A model generated the notes under the pieces. It ran no database searches and had not been told where the DNA came from. It worked only from the letters and a program-made list of their open reading frames with translations. A DNA stretch of 45,716 nt from Alphaproteobacteria bacterium UBA2947 (lineage in GTDB: Bacteria; Pseudomonadota; Alphaproteobacteria; Rs-D84), in the NCBI GenBank assembly GCA_002348925.1, contig DEBV01000014.1, positions 17,505 to 63,220 on the forward strand, read 5' to 3'. A program made the position numbers and the translations under genes. Below, piece by piece: positions 24,352 through 33,584 of the stretch; position 1 is the first letter of the stretch, and each line of letters opens with the position of its first letter.

Positions 24352-24552
24352 ATGCGTGGCGGTATTTGGGAAATAATTTTAATTGTTATTTTGGTTTTGA
24401 TATTGTTTGGTTCTGCCAAGATTCCTGCGATGATGAAAAACATTGCAAGTGGAATTAAAACTTTCAAAAAGGAAATCAAAGAAGAACCGAAGCCTGTGGC
24501 AAAGAAAGCCCCAGCGAAAAAGAAAGTCGCTGCAAAAAAGAAATCAAAATAA
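24352..24552 (+). CDS. tatA: Twin-arginine translocase subunit TatA/E
   Basis: MRGGIWEIILIVILVLILFGSAKIPAMMKNIASGIKTFKKE is the TatA TM plus amphipathic-helix signature (lv.vlFG.kklP). The track starts at GTG 24349; I prefer the ATG at 24352. Confidence 0.8.
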   Translation: MRGGIWEIILIVILVLILFGSAKIPAMMKNIASGIKTFKKEIKEEPKPVAKKAPAKKKVAAKKKSK

Positions 24553-24561
24553 TTTTTATAT

Positions 24562-24592
24562 AAAAAAAACCGCCGTTTTGGCGGTTCTTTTT
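24562..24592. terminator. Bidirectional Rho-independent terminator between the convergent tatA and dksA genes
   Basis: AAAAAAACCGCC-gtttt-GGCGGTTCTTTTT. Confidence 0.6.
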
Positions 24593-25022
24593 AACGTTTC
24601 TTTTTTTCGTATTCTTCTTGTTCTTCGACGGTCATTGTTGCCAATGGACGAGCAAGCAATCTTTGTAATCCGATTTCATCGCCAGATATTACACTGTATC
24701 CATATTGACCATTTTCAATGCGTTCAAGGGCCGCATTTATTTTTTGTAATAAATTTGTGTTGCGTTCAGACATACGCAAATTCATAGTGAGTTCTTGTTC
24801 ATTTGCAGCCTGATCTTGTTCGTCACCAACACCAGCGCTTTCATTTTTTTCTGCCATACGAACATCATTCAAAACGGCTTCGCGGTCATGCAGAATTTCA
24901 TCACGTTGTGCATTTAAAACCTGATAAAAATACGCCAAATGTTCAGGACACATATATGGTTCTGATTTTTTTGGTGTGTATTTTGGGTCAAGAGTTATAT
25001 CTTTATAATTCTTTTTTGCCAT
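24591..25022 (-). CDS. dksA: RNA polymerase-binding transcription factor DksA, Cys-less (no C4 zinc finger)
   Basis: 143-aa ORF. Coiled-coil tip motif DEQDQAANE (DxxDxA). C-terminal GQYGYSVISGDEIGLQRLLARPLATMTVEEQ parallels E. coli [29 protein letters not shown], but all four Cys are replaced. Confidence 0.8.
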   Translation of the reverse strand: MAKKNYKDITLDPKYTPKKSEPYMCPEHLAYFYQVLNAQRDEILHDREAVLNDVRMAEKNESAGVGDEQDQAANEQELTMNLRMSERNTNLLQKINAALERIENGQYGYSVISGDEIGLQRLLARPLATMTVEEQEEYEKKKR

Positions 25023-25026
25023 TTTT

Positions 25027-25344
25027 TTAACCTTTTAATTCTTCTATCCATTGGATAAGGGTTTCTTCGTCCATTAATCCTGTGCGGGCTTCGATGATTT
25101 CACCGTCTTTGAACGCCAGAACGCTTGGAATACTGCGAATGCCAAATTTGGCAGGCGTGCGTCGATTTGTTTCATCTATTTCAAATTTTACAAAATTAAC
25201 ATCTGGTTTCTTTTCAGACGCACTTTCAAATATTGGACCGAACATTTGACATGGACCACACCATGTTGCCCAAAAATCTACCAATGTTAAACCGCTTGCA
25301 ACCATTGAATCAAATGTTTCATCGTTTGCGTGTTTAAGTGCCAT
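25027..25344 (-). CDS. trxA: Thioredoxin
   Basis: 105-aa ORF with VDFWATWCGPCQMFGP active site and IRSIPSVLAFKDGE. Confidence 0.9.
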   Translation of the reverse strand: MALKHANDETFDSMVASGLTLVDFWATWCGPCQMFGPIFESASEKKPDVNFVKFEIDETNRRTPAKFGIRSIPSVLAFKDGEIIEARTGLMDEETLIQWIEELKG

Positions 25345-25362
25345 CTTTTTCTCCTTATGTTG

Positions 25363-25390
25363 TTGATATTTCGATTTAGTCTATTATAAT
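25363..25390 (+). promoter_or_regulatory. Sigma-70-like promoter (TTGATA-16 nt-TATAAT) for the sufS-led gene string
   Basis: TTGATA at 25363-25368 and TATAAT at 25385-25390, in the 73-nt divergent region between trxA and sufS. Confidence 0.35.
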
Positions 25391-25417
25391 CATAGCAAAA
25401 AGCAAGAGAAAAACGAT

Positions 25418-26518
25418 ATGAAAAAATTCGTCTATATGGACGCGGCAGCAAGTTGGTTAAAACCTCAATCAGTAATTGAATCTGAGGCGGGTTTTCTGCG
25501 TAATTTGTACGCAAATGCTGGTCGTGGCATTTGTGCGCGGGCGGGGCATGTGGACGCTTTGATAGATGAAGCACGTGGCAAGGTTGCTGACTTTATTGGT
25601 TCCAACAAGGAAAATGTGGTTTGGACATCTGGGACAACAGATTCTTTTAATCGTATCGTTAATATTTTAAAAAACACTTTCGTTGGTAAAAAATTTACTG
25701 TTGCTGTTTCTGATTTGGATCATCACAGTACGCGGTTACCGTTTGAAACGTGTGATAATTTTCAAACACTTCTTTTGCCTTTAGATAAAGATTTTAATAT
25801 CGATGTTAACAATATTCCAATTGCTGACGTTTATGTTATAACAGCGATGTCTAATGTGATGGGAATCGCCCAAGATATATCAGAGATTACAAAAGCAATT
25901 CGTTCGCAAAATAAAAATGCAATTATAATCGTGGATGCTGCGCAATTTGTCGTACACAGCAAAATAGATGTTAAAAAATTCGATTGTGATTTCTTGTGTT
26001 TTTCTGGACATAAAATTGGGGCAGATACAGGTGTCGGTGTTATGTATATAAAAAATCCTGATGTTTGGGCCGTTGATAAATTTGGTGGCGGTATGGTTAA
26101 TCGTGTACTGGAAGACAAACTTGTATTAAACAAAGCCCCAGAAAAATTTGAAGCGGGAACTTTGCCGTTGACCCAAATAATTGGTTTGCCGTACGCGATT
26201 GAATATTGTAAAAATTGGGATGGTGCCACAGATTTGATACATTATATGTATGATGAATTATCAAAAATGAAAAATATTAAATTGTTAACTTCGCGTGATT
26301 CTGTGCTGATAAGTTTTGTTTCTACTGATATGCATGTGATAGATTTTGGTGCGATGCTTGGTGCACATGATATTTGTGTTCGTGTTGGCAATATGTGTGC
26401 ATCGTGGATTCATAAAAGATTAAATATAGATGGCAGTGTTCGTTTATCGCCAGGGCCATGGAATAATATGGACGATGCGAAATATGTTGTTGATGTAATC
26501 AAAGGTTTGGTGGCATAG
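25418..26518 (+). CDS. sufS: Cysteine desulfurase (class V aminotransferase, SufS-like, short form)
   Basis: 366-aa ORF. PLP-lysine block FLCFSGHKIGADTGVGVMY. Catalytic-Cys block RVGNMCASW (compare RaGhHCAqP). Confidence 0.8.
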   Translation: MKKFVYMDAAASWLKPQSVIESEAGFLRNLYANAGRGICARAGHVDALIDEARGKVADFIGSNKENVVWTSGTTDSFNRIVNILKNTFVGKKFTVAVSDLDHHSTRLPFETCDNFQTLLLPLDKDFNIDVNNIPIADVYVITAMSNVMGIAQDISEITKAIRSQNKNAIIIVDAAQFVVHSKIDVKKFDCDFLCFSGHKIGADTGVGVMYIKNPDVWAVDKFGGGMVNRVLEDKLVLNKAPEKFEAGTLPLTQIIGLPYAIEYCKNWDGATDLIHYMYDELSKMKNIKLLTSRDSVLISFVSTDMHVIDFGAMLGAHDICVRVGNMCASWIHKRLNIDGSVRLSPGPWNNMDDAKYVVDVIKGLVA

Positions 26519-26833
26519 ATGTCTGAATTGCGTGAAGATATTATAAATGAAATCAAAAAAGTTTATGATCCAGAAATTCCTGTGAATATTTGGGATTTGG
26601 GTTTGATTTATAATATTGCGATAAATAAAGATAGTGTTGTTATTGAAATGACTTTTACTTCGCCAACTTGTCCGATGATGGAAGATATTTTAAGTCAAGT
26701 TAAATCAAATGTGGAAAATGTAGTTAGTGGAAAAACTGTTGATGTAAAATTGGTCTGGGATCCAGCGTGGGATATTTCACGAATGAGTGATGCTGCGCGT
26801 CTTGAACTTGATTTAACAGAGCAGGGGTGGTAG
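26519..26833 (+). CDS. sufT: DUF59/MIP18-family Fe-S assembly protein (SufT-like)
   Basis: 104-aa ORF. VYDPEIPVNIWDLGLIY and TFTSPTCPMM are DUF59 signatures. Confidence 0.75.
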   Translation: MSELREDIINEIKKVYDPEIPVNIWDLGLIYNIAINKDSVVIEMTFTSPTCPMMEDILSQVKSNVENVVSGKTVDVKLVWDPAWDISRMSDAARLELDLTEQGW

Positions 26834-26835
26834 TC

Positions 26836-27198
26836 ATGAAATATTCTGATATAAAAAATGCTTTATCTTTGATTTCCGACCCAGTTGAAAAATTAGAATT
26901 GGTTATGGATTTGGGAAAATCTTTGGAACCTGTTCCAGAAGATGCAAAATGCAATGAAATTTTTGGGTGTGCTTCGTTTGTTCAAATTTGTGAAAAAGAC
27001 GAACATTTTTATGGGCGTGCAGATTCAATGATGGTGCGCGGAATTGTCGCGATTATTTTATCTATGGTTGACGGAAAAACTGTTGAACAGATTAAACAAA
27101 TGAATATATCTGGCGAATTTAATTCGCTGAATTTAAATTTTGGGGCAGGGCGTTTAAACGGTATTCAATCTATGATTAGTTTTTTTAAGAATTTATGA
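26836..27198 (+). CDS. sufE: Cysteine desulfuration protein SufE
   Basis: Track ORF starts at GTG 26827; I prefer the ATG at 26836. ELVMDLGKSLEPVPEDAKCNEIFGCASFVQI matches SufE (li.lGk.lp.lpe..k....v.GCqS.vWl). Confidence 0.75.
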   Translation: MKYSDIKNALSLISDPVEKLELVMDLGKSLEPVPEDAKCNEIFGCASFVQICEKDEHFYGRADSMMVRGIVAIILSMVDGKTVEQIKQMNISGEFNSLNLNFGAGRLNGIQSMISFFKNL

Positions 27199-27227
27199 TA
27201 CAATGTCTATCAAAAGGAAGGATGTTT

Positions 27228-27518
27228 ATGCGTGACGATGAAAAAATGTTTAATATCGGTACAGTTATGTTGACTGGTGTTGCGTTTTTAATTGTTTTTT
27301 TACAGGTGTGCAGTCGTGTTCAGAATTCTAATTTGCGTGATGTTCGTCGCAATATGGAAAATACAAGACATGAATACGATATTGCAAAAACAAGATTTTC
27401 AGCATTGTCTTCTGCCGATTCGTTGCGTGGTTCTGTTATTGGTGTTAATCCAAGGGCAGAAACGGTGTCTTTCAGCAAGACTGTGCATGTTGATAATATA
27501 CCAATGGTGAATGAATAA
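27228..27518 (+). CDS. ftsL: Cell division protein FtsL-like
   Basis: About 96 aa. One TM (IGTVMLTGVAFLIVFLQV) followed by a charged helical segment. It sits immediately upstream of ftsI and is start/stop coupled to it (TAATG). Start chosen 7 nt after SD aaggaagg. Confidence 0.5.
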   Translation: MRDDEKMFNIGTVMLTGVAFLIVFLQVCSRVQNSNLRDVRRNMENTRHEYDIAKTRFSALSSADSLRGSVIGVNPRAETVSFSKTVHVDNIPMVNE

Positions 27519-29182
27519 TGCGATTTAATATTGGAAAAGATATTTTGCCACATGAATACAAAGGTGCGATCTTTAACCATGAAAGCGCATCAAGATTGCA
27601 GTGGGTGAAATGGCTTTTTTATGTGTCGTTTGTTGTTTTTGTTGCACGTACTTTGCAATTAGGCCTGCAGAGCAACGATTACAGAAGAAGTAATTCGATT
27701 GGCGCACAAATTGAAAGTCGTGCGGATATTATTGACAGAAATGGTGTTGTGCTGGCCAAGAGTGTAAAATCAGGAAATATAAAATTATTCCCACCGCGTG
27801 TTAAAGAAAAAGACATAAATAATGTCGCAAATGTTATTCATAAAATTGCTCCTATGGATTACAGCGTTGAAGACGCTCTTGCTTTAATAAGAACAGGTCG
27901 TCGTGGTGTGTACATAAAAAAGAACGCGAATGAAGAACAAATAAAAATAATAAAGCAGGCGCACAAAGATTATGACTGTTTCGAAATAGAACAATTTACA
28001 CAGCGTCGCTATCCTCAGAAAAATGTATTCGCACATGTTATCGGTTTTTCTGGTAAAGATGAAGGATTGGAAGGCATAGAATTAACCTATGATAAATATC
28101 TGAGGGAAAATAAATCGCCATTGCGTTTGTCTATCGATTCTCGTGTTCAAAATATTTTTCACGAACAATTGACTATCGCGATGAATAAATACAGTGCCAA
28201 AGGCGCGATGGGTATGTTGATGAATTCTTCTACGGGTGAAATGATTGCAATGGTGCAAATACCTGATTTTGACCCGAATAATATAAATTCTATACCTGTG
28301 AATGCACGTCGTTTTAAACTGATGCGTGATAATTTTGAAATGGGGTCGATATTTAAAATCTTTAATACTGCGATGGCGTATGAAAACGGTTTGCAAAACA
28401 AGGATTACAAGATAGACGAACCTTTGATGATATATGACAAGCGTGGTCGTCCAGCAATGCGTAAACCTATTGATGATGTTTCTTCTTTTAAAAGAGATGT
28501 TATAAAAAAAGGCGGACACAGAAAATTGAAAGCGCCAGAAATAATGTTGCATTCTTGCAATGTGGGCAGTGCGCGTATTGCTTTGGATTTGCCAGAAGGA
28601 ACACAAAAAGAATTTTTTGAACGTCTTAATTTTAACAAGGCATTGCAATTGGAATTTGGTAAAACAGAACGTGCCATAACCTATAAAACTTGGGGGCCAA
28701 CAGAACGTGCCACGGCTTCGTTTGGTCATGGAATTGCAGTTACACCAATGCATTTGTTGTTGGGGGTAAATGCAATGACTAATGGTGGAATATACATTTA
28801 TCCGACAATTTTAAAAAGAAATATTGGTGCTGTGCGCGGTGAACGCGTTTTAAGTTCCGATATATCGGCCAAGTTGCGCGAAATAATGTTTCATATTGCA
28901 GAAGAAACCACGGCGAAAAAAGCCCGTGTCAAAGGTATTGAAATTGGTGGAAAAACAGGAACTGCTGAAAAACGCGGTTTGGACAGACGCGTGGATAAAA
29001 ACAGAAACCTGACTGTGTTTACAGGGGTATTCCCTGTCGCTGCGCCACAGTATATAATTTTGATTATGTTGGACGAACCTCAGGGCACGAAAGAATCTGG
29101 CGGATGGAAGACTGCCGCTTGGAACGCAGTGCCAACGGCTGGGGCAATATTGGACAGAATCATGCCATTGCTATTTGAATAA
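27518..29182 (+). CDS. ftsI: Peptidoglycan D,D-transpeptidase FtsI (PBP3)
   Basis: 554-aa ORF. N-terminal TM. Transpeptidase motifs SIFK (SxxK), SCN (SxN) and KTGT. Confidence 0.85.
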   Translation: MRFNIGKDILPHEYKGAIFNHESASRLQWVKWLFYVSFVVFVARTLQLGLQSNDYRRSNSIGAQIESRADIIDRNGVVLAKSVKSGNIKLFPPRVKEKDINNVANVIHKIAPMDYSVEDALALIRTGRRGVYIKKNANEEQIKIIKQAHKDYDCFEIEQFTQRRYPQKNVFAHVIGFSGKDEGLEGIELTYDKYLRENKSPLRLSIDSRVQNIFHEQLTIAMNKYSAKGAMGMLMNSSTGEMIAMVQIPDFDPNNINSIPVNARRFKLMRDNFEMGSIFKIFNTAMAYENGLQNKDYKIDEPLMIYDKRGRPAMRKPIDDVSSFKRDVIKKGGHRKLKAPEIMLHSCNVGSARIALDLPEGTQKEFFERLNFNKALQLEFGKTERAITYKTWGPTERATASFGHGIAVTPMHLLLGVNAMTNGGIYIYPTILKRNIGAVRGERVLSSDISAKLREIMFHIAEETTAKKARVKGIEIGGKTGTAEKRGLDRRVDKNRNLTVFTGVFPVAAPQYIILIMLDEPQGTKESGGWKTAAWNAVPTAGAILDRIMPLLFE

Positions 29183-29227
29183 TTTTATATTATAATAATT
29201 CCGACAATAAGAAAAAAGAGTGATAGA

Positions 29228-30982
29228 GTGCGAAAAATAGTGGAAAAGTCCATGCTGGGTAAGGCGTGGGCTGTGTCGGATGATTATAATCTGGGATCAG
29301 ATTTAAACGATACAAAGAATTTAGTCAAAAATATTTTGGCGTCTCGTGGAATAACAGGCGATGATGCGGTGGATAGGTTTTTGCATCCTTCTATTAAAGA
29401 GTATATGCCAGATCCATCTGTGTTAAAAGACATGGACAAGGCGACAGGTGTTATTGCTGATTCTATCTGCAACGGTGAAAAAATCGCAATATATGGCGAT
29501 TATGATGTTGATGGAATAACTTCTACGGCGATTTTTGTTAAATATTTGCGTGGACTTGGGGTTGATGTTTCTTGGCATTTACCAACAAGGGAAGGGGAAG
29601 GTTATGGTTTAAATGTTGCCGCGGTTGAACAAATTGCACAAAGTGGCGTTGGGTTAATGATAACTGTTGATTGTGGAATCAGCGGTAATGAAGAGGTAGA
29701 AAAAGCCAAGCAACTTGGGTTAAAAGTTGTTATAACCGACCACCATTCACCTGATTCTGTTTTGCCAAAAGCGGATGCAGTTATAGATCCTAAACGTGTG
29801 GATGATACTTCTGGTCTTTCGTTCTTAGCAGGGGTAGGTGTCGCGTTTTTAACTTTGGTTTCTTTAAATCGTGAATTAAAAAATCGAAACTTTTTTAATG
29901 AAAATAGACCCCAAATAAATTTGCTGAATTATATGGATTTTGTCGCTCTTGGGACAATATGCGATACGATGCCATTGATTGATTTAAATCGTGCATTTGT
30001 TTCAACAGGATTGAAAGTTATGGGACTTAGACAAAATCTGGGGTTGCGTACGTTGATGGATTTAGCAGGTATAAAGAATCCGTCTGTGTATGCGGTTGGT
30101 TTTGCGCTGGGGCCGCGTCTTAATGCAGCAGGGCGTCTTGATTCAGCTGCGCCGTCGCTGGAATTGTTGTTAACAGACAATCCTTTGATTGCTAATGATT
30201 TGGCAAATAAATTGCATCGTATGAATCAAGAAAGAATCGATATTCAAAATGCGATTATGATGGATGCAGCAGATATTGCAGATAGATGCTGCAAAGGTCG
30301 TAAGTGCAGTTTATTTGTTTGTGGTGATAATTGGCATGGCGGGGTCATGGGAATTATCGCAGGTCGCCTGAAAGATAAGTATAATTTACCTGCGTGTGTG
30401 GCAACCAGAATCGACGGGGTTATAAATGGGTCTGGACGTTCTATACCAGAAATAGATTTGGGTAAAATTATACATGAAGCATTGTCTTTGGGAATCTTGT
30501 CAGAAGGTGGCGGCCATGCTGCTGCTGCAGGTTTTACTTTGAGTGCGGATAAAGAACAAGAATTTTGTGATTTCTTGGAAAAGGCCGTCAGTGAACAACT
30601 GGGTGGAGAAAGACCGAATCCAGAGATAGTGGTTGATGCACAAATAGATGCAGGCAGTGCAGATATGAAATTGGTTGAAAAGTTGTCTGATCTTGCGCCG
30701 TTTGGACAATGCAATCCAGAACCAACTTTGGTATTAAAGGGCGCGGTATTAAAATTTGCAACCGTTATGGGTAATGGGGCACATTTGCGTGGTATGGTGC
30801 GTTGCAGTAATGGTAATCAGTTGTCTTTTGTAGGCTTTAATTTGGTAGGTACACCTGTGGGTGATTTTTTACTGGACGATGCAAATACAAATACTACAAT
30901 AATGATGTTAGGTAAATTAAAAGAAAACGAATACAATGGTCGTGTAAGCGCACAGTTTACGCTGGAAGATATTACATTATGA
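29228..30982 (+). CDS. recJ: Single-stranded-DNA-specific exonuclease RecJ
   Basis: 584-aa ORF (GTG start; a Met at 29252 is an alternative). DHH-family motifs DYDVDGITS, VDCG, ITDHH and GGGHAAAAG. Confidence 0.9.
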   Translation: MRKIVEKSMLGKAWAVSDDYNLGSDLNDTKNLVKNILASRGITGDDAVDRFLHPSIKEYMPDPSVLKDMDKATGVIADSICNGEKIAIYGDYDVDGITSTAIFVKYLRGLGVDVSWHLPTREGEGYGLNVAAVEQIAQSGVGLMITVDCGISGNEEVEKAKQLGLKVVITDHHSPDSVLPKADAVIDPKRVDDTSGLSFLAGVGVAFLTLVSLNRELKNRNFFNENRPQINLLNYMDFVALGTICDTMPLIDLNRAFVSTGLKVMGLRQNLGLRTLMDLAGIKNPSVYAVGFALGPRLNAAGRLDSAAPSLELLLTDNPLIANDLANKLHRMNQERIDIQNAIMMDAADIADRCCKGRKCSLFVCGDNWHGGVMGIIAGRLKDKYNLPACVATRIDGVINGSGRSIPEIDLGKIIHEALSLGILSEGGGHAAAAGFTLSADKEQEFCDFLEKAVSEQLGGERPNPEIVVDAQIDAGSADMKLVEKLSDLAPFGQCNPEPTLVLKGAVLKFATVMGNGAHLRGMVRCSNGNQLSFVGFNLVGTPVGDFLLDDANTNTTIMMLGKLKENEYNGRVSAQFTLEDITL

Positions 30983-31929
30983 TAGAAAAAATAAAAACCT
31001 TTATAGAAAAAGTACAAAACGCAAAATCGATTGCTATATCTGGACATAAAAATCTGGACGGAGATGCACTTTGCTCTGCGTTGGCGTTGATGAAAATCAT
31101 CGAATTAAATTTTGGCAAAAAAGCAACAGTTATATACGATGGCAATGTGCCACGTGATTTGGATTATGTGCCACTTCGTGAAGAAGCCGTATTCCATAAA
31201 AACCTGCCAGAAAATGCAAAATATGATTTGTATATTTTGGTTGATTATGGGACAAGAAAGCATTTGGGTGAAATAGAAAAGTATGTAAATGCTGCGGACT
31301 TTGTAATTGAATTTGATCACCATTTTAATGATGATTTGGTTGGAAATCTGTGTTTTGACAATGAAACAAAGGCTGCAACAGCACAGGTAATTTATGATAT
31401 GGTCAAAGGGGCTGATTTTACCATTGACCAAAATGTTGTGGATCTTTTGATGTTGGCGATAATAACAGATACGGGTAAATTTAAATTCGTAAGATCCAGT
31501 GATGTCTTTAAAGATTCTGCAAAATTAGTTGCGGCTGGTGCAGATATTACTCGTTTGATGAATTTGTTAAATAACAAAGATAAAAAAACAGTTTTAGTAG
31601 AATCAAAAGCCGTATCTCAGGCAGAGTTTCTTATGAAAGGTCGTTTGGCACTTGCCACAATAAACCACGAAGATTATAAAAAACTAGATGGTCGTGGTGA
31701 AACGGTTTTGTCTTTGTTGGATCAGATTCATGGTGTTCAATATATTGTTTTGTTAAAAGAACAAAAAGAAAATCGTATTGGTATTTCAATTCGTTCACGC
31801 CAGACACCTATAAATCAAATCGCTGAATCTTTTGGCGGTGGGGGACATTTGTGTGCCGCTGGTGCTGTTGTGGAAGACACTTTGGAAAATGTTCGTAGCA
31901 AGATTATAAATGCTTTTAAGGGGATGTAG
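30979..31929 (+). CDS. nrnA: DHH/DHHA1 phosphoesterase, NrnA-like (oligoribonuclease / pAp phosphatase)
   Basis: 316-aa ORF. GHKNLDGDALCSALAL, FDHHFN, ITDTGKF and GGGGHLCAAG motifs. Start overlaps the recJ stop (ATGA). Confidence 0.7.
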   Translation: MIEKIKTFIEKVQNAKSIAISGHKNLDGDALCSALALMKIIELNFGKKATVIYDGNVPRDLDYVPLREEAVFHKNLPENAKYDLYILVDYGTRKHLGEIEKYVNAADFVIEFDHHFNDDLVGNLCFDNETKAATAQVIYDMVKGADFTIDQNVVDLLMLAIITDTGKFKFVRSSDVFKDSAKLVAAGADITRLMNLLNNKDKKTVLVESKAVSQAEFLMKGRLALATINHEDYKKLDGRGETVLSLLDQIHGVQYIVLLKEQKENRIGISIRSRQTPINQIAESFGGGGHLCAAGAVVEDTLENVRSKIINAFKGM

Positions 31930-31932
31930 GAG

Positions 31933-32547
31933 ATGAAAAAAATAATATCTTTGTTATTTGGTGTTGTTTTTTGCTTTAACGCCAATGCTGCTGTTGATAA
32001 AAATTTGGTGGTAAACGCTGAAAAATATTTAAATTCGATAACTGGATTGCAGGGCGGTTTTACACAAATTGCAAATGGTAAAACGCAAAGCGGCATTTTT
32101 TCAATGTTGCGTCCAGGACGCGTGAGATTAGATTATAGAAATGCACCAATTCAGTTAATTTCTGATGGCAAAGATTTGTATTTTTATGACAAATCTTTGG
32201 ACCAGATTACAACCGTACCTTTGACCAGTACGCCAGCGGGTATTTTGGTTCGTAAGAAAATAGATTTACAAAACGCAGATATAAATGTTTATGAAACAAC
32301 TTCTGATAAAAAAACTTTTACTTTGAAAATGAATCTTAAAGGTCAAGAAGGTTTGGGACATATGGATGTCGTGTTTGATAAACAGCCTGTGAAATTAAAA
32401 TCCTGGTCTGTGGTAGATGCTACTTCTGCGAAAACAGATGTTGCATTCAATGATTTGAAAACTAAAACAGATTTTGGAAAAAATTATTTTCAATTATCAC
32501 GTCATAAAACTGTTTCTACAAATGATGGCGATGATTTTTATGATTAA
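31933..32547 (+). CDS. lolA: Outer-membrane lipoprotein carrier protein LolA
   Basis: 204-aa ORF. Signal peptide ending NANA. GLQGGFTQ ... LRPGRVRLDY ... LISDGKDLYFYDKSLDQIT follows the LolA pattern. Confidence 0.65.
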   Translation: MKKIISLLFGVVFCFNANAAVDKNLVVNAEKYLNSITGLQGGFTQIANGKTQSGIFSMLRPGRVRLDYRNAPIQLISDGKDLYFYDKSLDQITTVPLTSTPAGILVRKKIDLQNADINVYETTSDKKTFTLKMNLKGQEGLGHMDVVFDKQPVKLKSWSVVDATSAKTDVAFNDLKTKTDFGKNYFQLSRHKTVSTNDGDDFYD

Positions 32548-32555
32548 GGCGTAAT

Positions 32556-32831
32556 ATGTTCGGTATCAGTTGGACTGAATTTTTAGTAATTTTATTGGTC
32601 GCAATTTGTGTTGTACCTGCAAAGTATTGGCCAGATGTGATGAAATTTTTTGCGCGGGTATTTAAATTTATTCGCAATATTGTTTGGAAAGTAAGTGATT
32701 TTTCAGAAAATTTACAACAAAGAATAGATCTTGAAAAACCAATAGACGATTTGTTAGAAAATGCAACAAATGATATGTTTGGTAAACCTGTAAAAAAGAC
32801 AGTAAAAAAGAAACGGGTGCGTAAAAAATGA
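32556..32831 (+). CDS. tatB: Twin-arginine translocase subunit TatB
   Basis: MFGISWTEFLVILLVAICVVPAKYWPDV is a TatA/B-type N-terminus (MFgig..El.li..vallv.GP..lP). It lies directly upstream of tatC and overlaps it. Confidence 0.7.
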   Translation: MFGISWTEFLVILLVAICVVPAKYWPDVMKFFARVFKFIRNIVWKVSDFSENLQQRIDLEKPIDDLLENATNDMFGKPVKKTVKKKRVRKK

Positions 32832-33529
32832 AAATGACTTTGATGCAACATTTTTCAGAATTACGTCGCAGAATATTGTGGACTGCGTTTGTGTTTGTGC
32901 TGGCTTTTGCGTTTGGTTGGATTATATCAGATTATGTTGAATTATTTTTAAGTGCGCCGTTAATGTCTGTTTGGGATGATGCCGCATTGTTATACACAGA
33001 AATAACAGATGGTTTGATGATACAATTTTCATTGGCAACTTTGGTTGCGCTGATTATAACAGTTCCTGTTTTTTTGTGGAATGTTTGGGCGTATATTGCG
33101 CCAGGATTACATAAAAACGAAAAGCAATTTTTAATTCCTATATTTTTGATTTCGCCGTTGCTGTTCGTTATGGGGGCGGCTTTCGCTTTTTATGTTTTGT
33201 TTCCATTTGTGTTTGAATTTTTTATTCGCATAAATGAATCAGCAACTGTGCCAACAGTGTTATTGCCGTCTATAAAGGGGTATTTAGCATTTTCAATTGG
33301 TTTGTTAAAAGTTTTTGGATTGGCTTTTCAGTTGCCTTTGGTTTTGGTTGGTTTGAACAGAATTGGAATCTTGCCAAAACAGACAGCCGTAAAAAGTCGC
33401 AGATATGTAATTATCGGTGTTTTTGTGTTGGCGGCTATGTTAACCCCACCAGATATTTTATCCCAGGTTTTATTGGCTGTTCCGATGATATTATTATTTG
33501 AAATCAGCCTGTTGTTTATGCGTGATTAG
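32828..33529 (+). CDS. tatC: Twin-arginine translocase subunit TatC
   Basis: 233-aa ORF. HFSELRRRILW start, six TM helices, PGLHKNEK loop, and MLTPPDILSQ block. Confidence 0.9.
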   Translation: MKMTLMQHFSELRRRILWTAFVFVLAFAFGWIISDYVELFLSAPLMSVWDDAALLYTEITDGLMIQFSLATLVALIITVPVFLWNVWAYIAPGLHKNEKQFLIPIFLISPLLFVMGAAFAFYVLFPFVFEFFIRINESATVPTVLLPSIKGYLAFSIGLLKVFGLAFQLPLVLVGLNRIGILPKQTAVKSRRYVIIGVFVLAAMLTPPDILSQVLLAVPMILLFEISLLFMRD

Positions 33530-33584
33530 TTCGTATAAGTGTTTTATTTTACACAGATTTTATGATATAATTCAAAGCGTGAAT

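Noticed and set aside
28082-28753. 223-aa antisense ORF inside ftsI. Similar long antisense ORFs occur at 6480-7004, 12715-13170, 21889-22356, 30244-30714, 37709-38278 and 44611-45207.
   Set aside because: Each lies wholly inside a confidently identified conserved gene (ftsI, trmB, rpoH, thrS, recJ, Slam, gatB). Their compositions are odd (Cys/His/Phe/Ile-rich) and none has recognisable motifs. These are typical AT-rich shadow frames.
33498-33584. N-terminal extension of the nlpD-like ORF that overlaps the tatC 3' end
   Set aside because: The internal Met at 33585 gives a textbook lipoprotein signal (LVLCAC). The extension is Cys-rich and has no signal features.
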